Source: Prasinococcaceae sp. CCMP 1430 (lineage: Eukaryota; Plantae; Prasinodermophyta). Taken from it: a stretch of 21,407 nucleotides of DNA. A program made the position numbers and the translations under genes. The notes below the pieces were generated by a model that did not search any database, had not been told where the DNA came from, and saw only the letters and a program-made list of their open reading frames with translations. Shown in pieces: positions 10,606 through 20,136 of this stretch. The stretch lies in the NCBI GenBank assembly GCA_013416795.1, contig RQSC01001337.1:59879-81285 (forward strand). The letters are read 5' to 3'. Within the stretch, counting starts at the first letter, position 1. Each line of letters starts with the position of its first letter.

Positions 10606-11035
10606 CGCGCGCGGCCACGCCACACCAAGCACAGGCTATGCTCGCTATGCCCCCGACCCCCACCCCCTCTTCCCCGCGCGCACGCTCCCCAGCTCCCCGC
10701 ACGCGCAGCCCGACCCCCGCCGCAGCTCACCCCGCCTGTGCGGGGACGAACGCCCCCCCGGCGCGGGCGCCGCGCGCGGCCCCCTCCTCGCCCGCCCGCC
10801 CACCCACCCGCCACCAGTTCAACTACCCTTCACTAGGTCTCTGCACCCTACTAAGCCCCCCACCGCCGTCCCGCTCGGCGGCCGCCGCCTCTGGCCGCCG
10901 GCCGCCGCCCCACCCGCCAGCGCGAAACGCGCCAAACTCCGCGCCTTTTCGCCATCGCAACGCACCCGCGCCGCGCCGCCGAAAACGCGGACGGCGCGCG
11001 AACGGCGAAAGAGGGTCGTATTTTTACCTCGCGTC

Positions 11036-11171
11036 GGGATGCTCCGCCTGGGTTGCGGTTCCGGCCGGAGGTCCTTGACAGACTATGAACTGGACCATCC
11101 TGATGGAACTTACCATCTGATGGTACACTGCGCATAATTTAGGTAAGGTGTTTAGGGTTCAGTCTGGTTTT
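11036..11171 (+). ncRNA. Candidate structured non-coding RNA of unknown class
   Basis: Hairpin 11036-11075, ANANNA (AGACTA 11080-11085), hairpin 11094-11124 followed by ACA, an enclosing inverted repeat CAGACT..GAAC/GTTCAGTCTG, and a terminal TTTT. No recognised family. Confidence 0.3.
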
Positions 11172-12055
11172 GCTGCCATGGTGGGTGTGTGGGTGGGTGG
11201 AGGCGTCGGGGTGAGGGAAACCAAGCATTTCGTTACATAAATTACGCGATACCAAGTATTTCGGGCATTATTCAAATTGCCAACATTTAGACGCCAATTG
11301 ACTCTGTCCGGGCGCGGAGGGCGGAGATGTGGGAGCGGGAGCGGGGGAATAGCTTGCGCGTGTCGGCAGCGGAGTGCGTGACCTCTCGCGGGCGGCGTCG
11401 CGCAGGTGTGCGAGCGCAGAGCACGCTCGTTGTGCTCCCGCATGCGGCGCACGCGAGTAAGAAGAAGTCGTTCCACTCAGCCGCGGTGGTTGTGTTCTCA
11501 CGCGCGGAACGCGCGATGCAGTAAATTGTTCTTCTCAAAGCCCCCATAATGACGGTGGGAAGGGAGGGAGGGCGCGTGAGTGAGTGAGGGTTAGTGTTGC
11601 CCACGGCGCGCGCTCTGGTGTGCGCGTAATAGCGCGGCGGCGATTGCGCGCGCGCGGTGAGTCGGTTGGCGCCGGGTCTTCTCGTCCGGTTGGGTGGTGT
11701 GTGTGGCACACTGATGAGCTCAAATTTTGACGATCCTGCGTGGTTTGTGTGGCCGTAGTTTAAAATCCGCTTGTACCAGAGCAGGTTAGCTATGTGGTTA
11801 GAATCTCTCGTTGTGGGCACGTTCGACGTAGACGTATCCGAGAAGACCCGGGCTCGACTTTTCAATTACGAGATTCCCGGCGGCCACAGAATTTTTTGCT
11901 CGGATCCGCAACTTTTTTGCATTACTTTGACCTGTAACCATGCATTTCACGAAATTATGACATTTATTTCACGGAATTATAATACGAAGCGGATTCCGTT
12001 GGAATCCCATTATATCTGTGAATCCGAAGGGAACCCACGGTTCCCCGACGCACCT

Positions 12056-12841
12056 NNNNNNNNNNNNNNNNNNNNNNNNNNNNNNNNNNNNNNNNNNNNN
12101 NNNNNNNNNNNNNNNNNNNNNNNNNNNNNNNNNNNNNNNNNNNNNNNNNNNNNNNNNNNNNNNNNNNNNNNNNNNNNNNNNNNNNNNNNNNNNNNNNNNN
12201 NNNNNNNNNNNNNNNNNNNNNNNNNNNNNNNNNNNNNNNNNNNNNNNNNNNNNNNNNNNNNNNNNNNNNNNNNNNNNNNNNNNNNNNNNNNNNNNNNNNN
12301 NNNNNNNNNNNNNNNNNNNNNNNNNNNNNNNNNNNNNNNNNNNNNNNNNNNNNNNNNNNNNNNNNNNNNNNNNNNNNNNNNNNNNNNNNNNNNNNNNNNN
12401 NNNNNNNNNNNNNNNNNNNNNNNNNNNNNNNNNNNNNNNNNNNNNNNNNNNNNNNNNNNNNNNNNNNNNNNNNNNNNNNNNNNNNNNNNNNNNNNNNNNN
12501 NNNNNNNNNNNNNNNNNNNNNNNNNNNNNNNNNNNNNNNNNNNNNNNNNNNNNNNNNNNNNNNNNNNNNNNNNNNNNNNNNNNNNNNNNNNNNNNNNNNN
12601 NNNNNNNNNNNNNNNNNNNNNNNNNNNNNNNNNNNNNNNNNNNNNNNNNNNNNNNNNNNNNNNNNNNNNNNNNNNNNNNNNNNNNNNNNNNNNNNNNNNN
12701 NNNNNNNNNNNNNNNNNNNNNNNNNNNNNNNNNNNNNNNNNNNNNNNNNNNNNNNNNNNNNNNNNNNNNNNNNNNNNNNNNNNNNNNNNNNNNNNNNNNN
12801 NNNNNNNNNNNNNNNNNNNNNNNNNNNNNNNNNNNNNNNNN
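12056..12841. other. Assembly gap (N run)
   Basis: Run of N. Confidence 1.
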
Positions 12842-14225
12842 CTGCGCGCGCGAGCCCCGCCGAGGCGGGCGGGAGCGCGCGCGCACGCCATCGCCTGCGC
12901 CGAGGGCCACCCCGCCGCCGCCCCTGTTGCCGCTGTGGCGCAGCGGCCGCACCGCACCGAATTCGCGGCGAACGGATGAGGTTTAGGTTAGAAACAACCG
13001 CTTTTAAGGTAATATATAGGGTTCACATTTGGGTCGGGCGGAACCCCCGCCGAATCCTCCGTCACCATCCATTCGACGTTTGGTGGTGGATTCCATTTTG
13101 TTCCAGATGTTTCGGAGCATCCCTTCCTTCAATTTCGATGCATTTTGACGCGATCTTGGGTTCCGCTCGGGGCGGGTGTCGCGCGTGTGGCTGCGGCGCG
13201 CCGGTGCGATTCTGCGCGCGCGCGCGCGCGCGCGCGCGCGGGTTCGAATTCGCGGAGGGGAGGGGCGTTTCGGAGGCGGCGTTCCGCGGGTTAGGCGCTT
13301 GGCGCGCCAGCCGGAACGTGGAGGGACCGCGGGCGGGGAACGGACTTCGCGGAAGGGGGTTTCGGCGCGTTCCCCCGCGCGCGCGCGCCCGCCGCGATTT
13401 CGCAGCTCATCTGTGAGAGATTTTCTACCCCGCACTGGCGGAGCCCCTCCCCTCGCGGGCGGCGCGCGCCTCGCCTTGCGCGGCCCCGGCGGCGGGACCT
13501 CGGCCACGCCGCCGATTCGGATGCGTTTTGATATAGCGCGGTTCCCCCGCGCAGGTGGGTAGGCATGTGGGTGGAGGCGCGGCCGCGTCACAGCGCGCGC
13601 ACGCGCGCGCGGCGGCCGGGGCGCGGCGGCGGGAGGGTTAGGGGGGGGGGCGTTGAGCGAAGGGGAGGGGTGAGCGTCCCTCCGCGCCCCCGCCGGCACG
13701 TCAGGGGCGGCCACCATGGCGATGTGCGTTTCGCGCGGAGCAGGGGGTGAGGGCGTGTGTATGTTCATGTTTGTGTCTGTGTATAAATGCGGGGGGTACG
13801 CGCGAGCCGCAACCCCAAAGGGGCGAGGGGGGCAGCGGCAGCGGGCGGCGCGACAAATGTGGCTGCACAGCGGCAGCTGGTTTGCACGGGCACCGCCTGA
13901 GGCAGGCAATCTCGCTCGCTGGCGTAGGCGCGCCGCGCCGCGCCTCCCGCACACCTCCCCATCCCACCCCCTGTGGGGCACCCGCTCGCCCGGCGCGTGC
14001 GGCGCCGCGCGCCGGATCCGTTTTCGCCCTCGCAGCCATGCGCGTTCGTTTCTGTGACAGGCTGCCGGGCAGCACCTCGACGGTGCTATTGCGACGCCGC
14101 GGAGCCTCCGCCCGATCGCCATTGCACGCGTCAGTGCGCGCCGCAGCGGTTCAGGGGCAGGGGCCGAAGCGAGGCGCCTGGCGCTGTCCTGCCGCCGAGC
14201 CGCTTTGCTGTCTCGCCTCGCAAGG

Positions 14226-16396
14226 ATGAACGCCGACTCGCTTGAGACGCATGCGAGCGGATCGCGCGCCGCGGTGCGCTTCAGCCGTGCTACACGTGCT
14301 CGCGTGCCCACCCGCCCGCTTGTCAGGCGCCCGCGCTCGCTCGCGCCATGATCCGCGCGCTGACCCGCGGCATCGTCGGTTTTGCTCATGCTCGCGTGCC
14401 CCCGCTCCCCGCCCCCCTCCCCCCCCACACCACGACCCCCCGACCCCCCAACCCCCTCGCGCACTGCTGGCAGGCCAACCCCCTCCGCCTGAAGAATGAG
14501 ATTCTGTCGGGCCTGACGGTGGCCATCGCTCAGGTGCCCGAGAGCGTGGCGTTTTCCTTCGTGGCGGGGGTGGACCCGCTCGTGGGCCTGTACGCGACCT
14601 TCTTCCTGGGCCTGGTCACCGCGCAGATCGGTGGCCGGCCGGGCATGGTGTCCGGTGCCGCGGGCGCCATGGCGGTGGTCGCGAAGATCGTGATGGACAC
14701 CAACGGGCTCTTCCCGGAGGACAAGCTGCTCGCCCGCGGCGACATTGCGCCGTGCGCGGGCGTCGAGGACGGCTGCCTGTCGCTGCGCGACCAGGCCTAC
14801 GAGGCGCGCCGCGAGCTCCTCTTCCTCACCATGTGGATCGTGGGCATCCTGCAGGTCCTGTGCGGCGTCTTCCAGCTGGGCTCGCTGGTGAAGCTCATCC
14901 CGCAGACGGTGATGATTGGCTTCGTCAACGGGCTGGCGATCATCATCTTCATGGCGCAGTTGGAGTCCTTCCAGGAGGTCGACTGGAAGAGGGCCTACGC
15001 CATGTTCGACGCGGACGCCTCGGGCTCCGTGGGGCCCGCCGAGGTGCGCGGCGTGTTCCACGCGGACCTCCCCAGCCTCACCGAGGAGCAGCTGGCCCTG
15101 TCGGTGGCCCGCGCCATGAACCAGACCGACGCGGACCGCGACGGCGCCATCTCGCTGGCGGAGTTCTCGGCCGACGGCGACTACGCCATCCACGACGCCT
15201 ACGACGAGGTCAAGCGCTGGCGCACGCTCGACGAGGGCACCACGTGGCTCATGCTGCTGTACGTGTTCGGCTCGATGCTCATCGTGCACTTCCTGCCGAA
15301 GCTCACCAAGGCCGTGCCGTCGTCGCTGGTGTCCATCTGCACGTGCCTCTTCTTCGAGCACGTCATCGCCCGCCCCGCGATGGACATGGAGACGCCCACC
15401 GTGTCGGACATGAGCCCCGTCAAGGGCGGGCTGCCCCAGTTCGCCCTGCCCGACGTGCAGCTGGACGGCGACGCGATGGGCACCATCATGCCCACCGCGG
15501 TCTCGCTGTGCCTCGTGGGCCTCATCGAGTCCATCCTGACGCTGCAGCTCGTCGACGAGATCCTCGACGACACCTCCGAGGCGACGGGGAGGTGCACCCA
15601 GGAGTGCGTCGCGCAGGGCATCGCCAACCTGCTCTCGGCCATGTTCCAGAGCATGGGGGGCGACGCCATGATCGGGCAGAGCACCATCAACGTCAAGTCG
15701 GGGGGCATCGGGCGGCTGAGCACGACCTTCGCCTCGATCATGTTCCTCATCTTCATCGTGGCGGCGTCCTCGGTGATCGAGCTGGTGCCCATCGCGGCGC
15801 TAACGGGCGTGCTCTTCATGGTGGTGTACTACACCTTCGACTGGAGCTGCCTGCGGCTGATGGCGGGCGACGTGCGCGCCTTCGCGCGGTCGGGCTTCAG
15901 GAAGTACCCGGGCGACCGCTGCCGCTGGCAGGACTCGTTCCTCATCGTGCTGGTGACGGTGGTGACGGTGCTCACCAACCTCGCGTACGCCGTCATCATC
16001 GGCGTGGTGGTCGCCGCGCTCTTCTACGCGTGGGACGGCTCCTCGCAGCTCAGCGTGCGCACGTCGGAGCAGCAGGGCCGCAAGGTGTACGCGTTCGACG
16101 GCGTGCTCTTCTTCGGCACCGACCGCGCCTTCAAGAACGCCTTCGACATCGCGAACGACCCCGACGTCGTCATCGACCTCACCGCGGTGCCCATCAAGGA
16201 CTACTCGGGCCTCGCGGCCCTGTGCAACCTCGGGAAGAGGTACGCCGAGCGCGGCGTGTCGGTCACCGTCCTCACCGCCGAGGCGCTCAACGGGCGCATC
16301 TTCGCCACCTTCGGGAAGCGCCTGACGGACGTCGAGGTCGAGTGGGCCGACGCGTGCGTCGGCGACCTCGAGGGCGCGGGGGGCAAGGACGCGTGA
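14226..16396 (+). CDS. SulP/SLC26 anion (sulfate/bicarbonate) transporter with a C-terminal STAS domain and an inserted EF-hand pair; proposed exons 14226-14273 and 14474-16396
   Basis: NEILSGLTVAIAQVPESVAFSFVAGVDPLVGLYA, GGRPGMVSGAAGAMAVV, GFVNGLAIIIFMAQL, GLIESILTLQLVDE, QECVAQGIAN, MGGDAMIGQSTINVKSGG.GRLS, and STAS GVLFFGT...DYSGLAAL. 14348-14473 looks intronic (GCTGAC at 14359, C-rich tract, CAG at 14471-14473). A phase-0 GTGCGC donor at 14274 follows an ATG at 14226; this first exon is tentative. Confidence 0.93.
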
Positions 16397-16755
16397 GGGG
16401 GGCGAGGAGGGCGCAGCGAGGGCGCGCGGGTGAGGGCGCGTTGTGGCGCGATGGCGGCGCCCCCGCGAGCGCTCGCACTCTGTACTCTTTTTTTTTCTAG
16501 CAGCCCGCCGCGCCTTTGCGCTGGCGCGCGGGCGCTGGCGTTCGGATCGCCGGCGTCTCCCCAATCTTCGCCCCGCGCGGGCGGAGCGTCTGTTACGTGG
16601 GGTGTTCTGTGCCATGCGCGCCGGCGAAGAGGCAGCCGGCGGCGCTGGCGTGCGCTCGTCTCGTGCTTCTGTCACTCGCGTCGGTCGTCCTTTCTCGTGC
16701 GCCGCGCCGCCGCGGCTGTCGCGCGCGCGCCCCGGGGGCGCGCCCGCCCGTCCCG

Positions 16756-17279
16756 NNNNNNNNNNNNNNNNNNNNNNNNNNNNNNNNNNNNNNNNNNNNN
16801 NNNNNNNNNNNNNNNNNNNNNNNNNNNNNNNNNNNNNNNNNNNNNNNNNNNNNNNNNNNNNNNNNNNNNNNNNNNNNNNNNNNNNNNNNNNNNNNNNNNN
16901 NNNNNNNNNNNNNNNNNNNNNNNNNNNNNNNNNNNNNNNNNNNNNNNNNNNNNNNNNNNNNNNNNNNNNNNNNNNNNNNNNNNNNNNNNNNNNNNNNNNN
17001 NNNNNNNNNNNNNNNNNNNNNNNNNNNNNNNNNNNNNNNNNNNNNNNNNNNNNNNNNNNNNNNNNNNNNNNNNNNNNNNNNNNNNNNNNNNNNNNNNNNN
17101 NNNNNNNNNNNNNNNNNNNNNNNNNNNNNNNNNNNNNNNNNNNNNNNNNNNNNNNNNNNNNNNNNNNNNNNNNNNNNNNNNNNNNNNNNNNNNNNNNNNN
17201 NNNNNNNNNNNNNNNNNNNNNNNNNNNNNNNNNNNNNNNNNNNNNNNNNNNNNNNNNNNNNNNNNNNNNNNNNNNNNNN
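16756..17279. other. Assembly gap (N run)
   Basis: Run of N, abutting a CA microsatellite. Confidence 1.

Positions 17280-17361
<82 letters not shown>
17280..17361. repeat. (CA)n microsatellite
   Basis: About 40 CA units with one interruption, starting at the gap edge. Confidence 0.98.
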
Positions 17362-17363
<2 letters not shown>

Positions 17364-18292
17364 GCACTCACGCACGCGCACGCGCGCGCTCGCACACACG
17401 CACGCGCGCGGTGTTAGGGTTCATTTTAAGGGTTACTTTCAGGGTTAGTGTACAGTACAGCATAGCATAGACCCTTACTGGGCGCCTTGGCCAGGCGGCG
17501 CGCGCTGGAGCGATTCTTAGGCGGGCGTAAATTAGCCTGGCGAGGCGTACGATTTTAAAGCTCACCTCTGTATTATCTTGCGGTAGAAACCCTCAAATAC
17601 GCTCGGAGCGTGAATTGAGTGAGTTTGCATTGTTCAAAGCCTTCGTAACCTTAACCTCATCCGGAACGAGGTGCCGGGAGGCGCAAGGTGCCGCCGATGG
17701 CGCGGCGGCGGGGGCGACGGCGGCTGTGCCCGCTCCCCCCGCTCACATCGCCCGCCTCGCTCGACCCGCCGGCCCTGAGCTCGGGCGAGCCACACGTGCG
17801 CGCGCGCGAGGGTTTACGAACCCGGGTTCGACGCGGGACGAGCCGGAAAAACACCGGGTCGAGCCTGCGAACACGCCCGGTCGATCCGCCGAACGCCCTC
17901 GAATGCACCGCGACTGCCCCGGGGGGGATTCTCTTTATGTTTGGGGGGGGGGAAAGGAGAGGGGGCGGAGCGCGGCGGATTCGATGCGGATTTTCACGTC
18001 CGAGGAATCGCATCGGAATGGTGAATCACGTGGATTCATGCCCGCGAAGTGTGCAATGACGACCTGACTTAATATTAGAAACGAGCGGATGGGTAGGATT
18101 TGGAGTCGCGGTACCGGACGGATCCGCGGCTTCGTTTCGATTTCGGGGTGGATTCCGGGCGATTGGGGCCGATTTGGGCCGCCGCGCAATCCGCCCGGGG
18201 CGGGGGGAAAAATCCGCCCGCGGCGCCGAAAACGCGGAGCGCGCGCGTTTCGCGCCGGCGTCCGCGGGTTTCCGGTGCGTCGCGAGCAGCCA

Positions 18293-18306
18293 AAAAAAAA
18301 AAGAAA
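18293..18306 (-). terminator. RNA polymerase III oligo-T terminator of the tRNA-Leu gene
   Basis: TTTCTTTTTTTTTT directly 3' of the discriminator base on the minus strand. Confidence 0.85.
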
Positions 18307-18460
18307 TGTCAACGGTGGGGTTTGAACCCACGCAGCTTTCGCTATTGGTACGCACAGGCGCCGGAGGCAAATTTCCGGCAAGATCCAAGTCTTGAGACCA
18401 ACCCCTTAGACCAATAAGGGTCGCAGAGAAACAGGGTCTGCGACTCTCGGGCACGTTGAC
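18307..18460 (-). tRNA. trnL-CAA: tRNA-Leu(CAA) with two introns: a D-loop intron at about 18445-18415 (31 nt) and a canonical 37/38 intron at 18390-18351 (40 nt)
   Basis: Reverse complement: GTCAACG TG CCCGAG[31 nt]TTGGTCTAAGGG G TTGGT CT CAA G[40 nt]T ACCAA TAGCGAAAGCTG C GTGGG TTCAAAC CCCAC CGTTGAC A. Perfect 7-bp acceptor stem, 5-bp anticodon and T stems, long variable arm, A73 discriminator, intact B box. Confidence 0.93.
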
Positions 18461-19107
18461 GCCATCGTAGTTTAGGTTTCGCAAACTCTTGCGTACATAG
18501 ATCTTCTCTCATGACAATGCAATTTGATGGCGGTCTGAAGTCAGGACCCTGTGCGATACCGCAAACGCGCGCGCGCCGCGAAACGGCCATGCTGGTGCTG
18601 TCGCGGCGGGCCGCGCGCGCGCTCAATGCGTTTCGATGGCGCGCGCCGGCCCCCATCGAAACGCACCCGCGGCGGCCGGAGCGGAGCGCGCTCGCGGGGC
18701 GATCTCAAAAGCTTTTTTACAGTACAAATCGCACGCGTCCGCGGCGTCGTTTCGCGGTTCCCGCGCGCTTTCGCGCTCGAGCGTTTTCTTTGTGACGCTC
18801 TTTTTCTTTTTACGTGCGTTTTGATGGGCGGACCGCGCGGGGCGGGGCGGGGGCGCGTGCCGGCCGCGCGCGCGCGCGGGGCGGAAAAAACATTTTTAAA
18901 AAAGAAAAAGAAAAAGGGGGTTCATCGACCGACCGACCCTCCAACCAAACAAACACACACACACACAGACAAAAAAAAAGCGGATGGGATGGAGGGTCGG
19001 CGCCGAGCGAGCGCCAGCGGCGCGCGCCGCGGCGCGCCGCGGCACGGGTTCCGGGTCCGTTCCTGGGTCCGCGCCGCCAGCGCGTGCGCCGGCCCGGCCG
19101 CGTCTAG

Positions 19108-19854
19108 GCACTGTTGCGCCTCACGTCCTCGGCATGGGCGGCCGTGGCGTTGCAAACGCGGCTGGTCTCGAAACAGGCCGTCCTGACGCCGAAGCAGCTT
19201 GCTGCGCGGGCCGCGCGCAAGGGCGAGCAGGCGGAGGCGGCACGCGCGAGGCAGCGCGCCGCAGAGGCCGTCCGGCCGAAGTACGACCACGCGGCACAGG
19301 CCGCTCTGGAGCGCGAGTTCGAGGAGCGAGCCTCGCGCGACAGGCAGCAGCTCGACGCGCACGCGCGAGGGGAGGCAGACACAGACGCGGGGCCGCAGCC
19401 GCTCGCCCAGCCATGGACGGAGGAGTGCGCCCCCGGCGGACCTGCGCTGCCACCGCCCCACGCCACTCCATACGTGCCTAGCAATGCCGTGCCGAGGATA
19501 CCTGGTGAGGCCGAGCGCGCCGAGGTCGGTGCGCTGGCCGCGATCCTCGAGCGATTCGGCCTGCGCGATGTGGAGGACCTCAGTGCGCTTGTGTTCCGCC
19601 AGCAAGAGAGCATCGCAAAGCTCCAGGAGGAGGTCGCCGACATGCGCGTGCGGCTCACGGCCGCCACGACGAGAGCCGCTGTGGCGGCCGCTCCCTTCGT
19701 GCCGCCGGCGGCCTCCGCGGGCGTGTCGCGTCCTGCTTTGCCGCCCCCGGNGCCCACGCCCCGTCCCCCCCCACCTTTTCTTCGCCACGGCCCCACTTCC
19801 CCCTCGCTCGCCCTCCGCCTCCCGCCGGCGCCCTCCCAAGCAGCAGCCAGCTGA
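19108..19854 (+). CDS. Hypothetical protein with predicted coiled-coil segments; exon structure unresolved
   Basis: GC3-rich, protein-like frame (KQLAARAARKGEQAEAARARQRAAEAVRPKYD.., LSALVFRQQESIAKLQEEVADMRVRL). There is no in-frame ATG after the TAG at 19105-19107, which may be a splice acceptor. GCTGAC at 19850 and AG at 19918-19919 suggest a possible last exon 19920-19945 (GSLFGYDV*). Confidence 0.55.
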   Translation, partial: ALLRLTSSAWAAVALQTRLVSKQAVLTPKQLAARAARKGEQAEAARARQRAAEAVRPKYDHAAQAALEREFEERASRDRQQLDAHARGEADTDAGPQPLAQPWTEECAPGGPALPPPHATPYVPSNAVPRIPGEAERAEVGALAAILERFGLRDVEDLSALVFRQQESIAKLQEEVADMRVRLTAATTRAAVAAAPFVPPAASAGVSRPALPPPXPTPRPPPPFLRHGPTSPSLALRLPPAPSQAAAS

Positions 19855-20136
19855 CCGGCGCACGCAAAAAAAACGAACTGCCCCCCCTACCGCACCTACC
19901 ACGCACGACACGCGAAAAGGCTCGCTCTTCGGCTACGACGTCTGAGCGCGCGGCCGCGCGCGGGCGGGCGGGCGGCAGCGCTGGCCTCCCGCGCCCCCAT
20001 CTCAACTCCCCAGTCGCGCCCGGCGGGGGACCGTGAACATTTTTGCCTCATTACACACACACACACACTTACACACCCACCCACACACATGGCGCCGTTT
20101 CGCGCACCCACACGCCACCACCCAGCCGTCCGTCGG

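Noticed and set aside
11083-11120. C/D snoRNA or SECIS reading (ATGA...CTGA...CTGA, with short matches to 18S rRNA around GGUCCAGACAUAG)
   Set aside because: There is no RTGATGA C box, the complementarity is interrupted and not adjacent to a D box, SECIS spacing to an AA loop is not met, and no selenoprotein ORF lies upstream.
11711-11740. CTGATGAG followed by a small stem, resembling a hammerhead core or a snoRNA C box
   Set aside because: The required GAAA and cleavage triplet are missing, and there is no downstream CTGA D box with a terminal stem.
14348-14473. N-terminus of the 682-aa SulP ORF as given in the track (MIRALTRG...PPLPAPLPP)
   Set aside because: It looks intronic: GCTGAC branch site, C-rich tract and CAG acceptor at 14473. 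It cannot be fully excluded without transcripts.
11771-17470. ORFs running through the N gaps and the CA repeat (poly-X, HTHT, VCVC)
   Set aside because: Artefacts of assembly gaps and microsatellites.
17470-17620. U3 snoRNA-like words (GACCCTTACT, GAGCGTGA)
   Set aside because: Box A GATC and the C', C and D boxes are missing.
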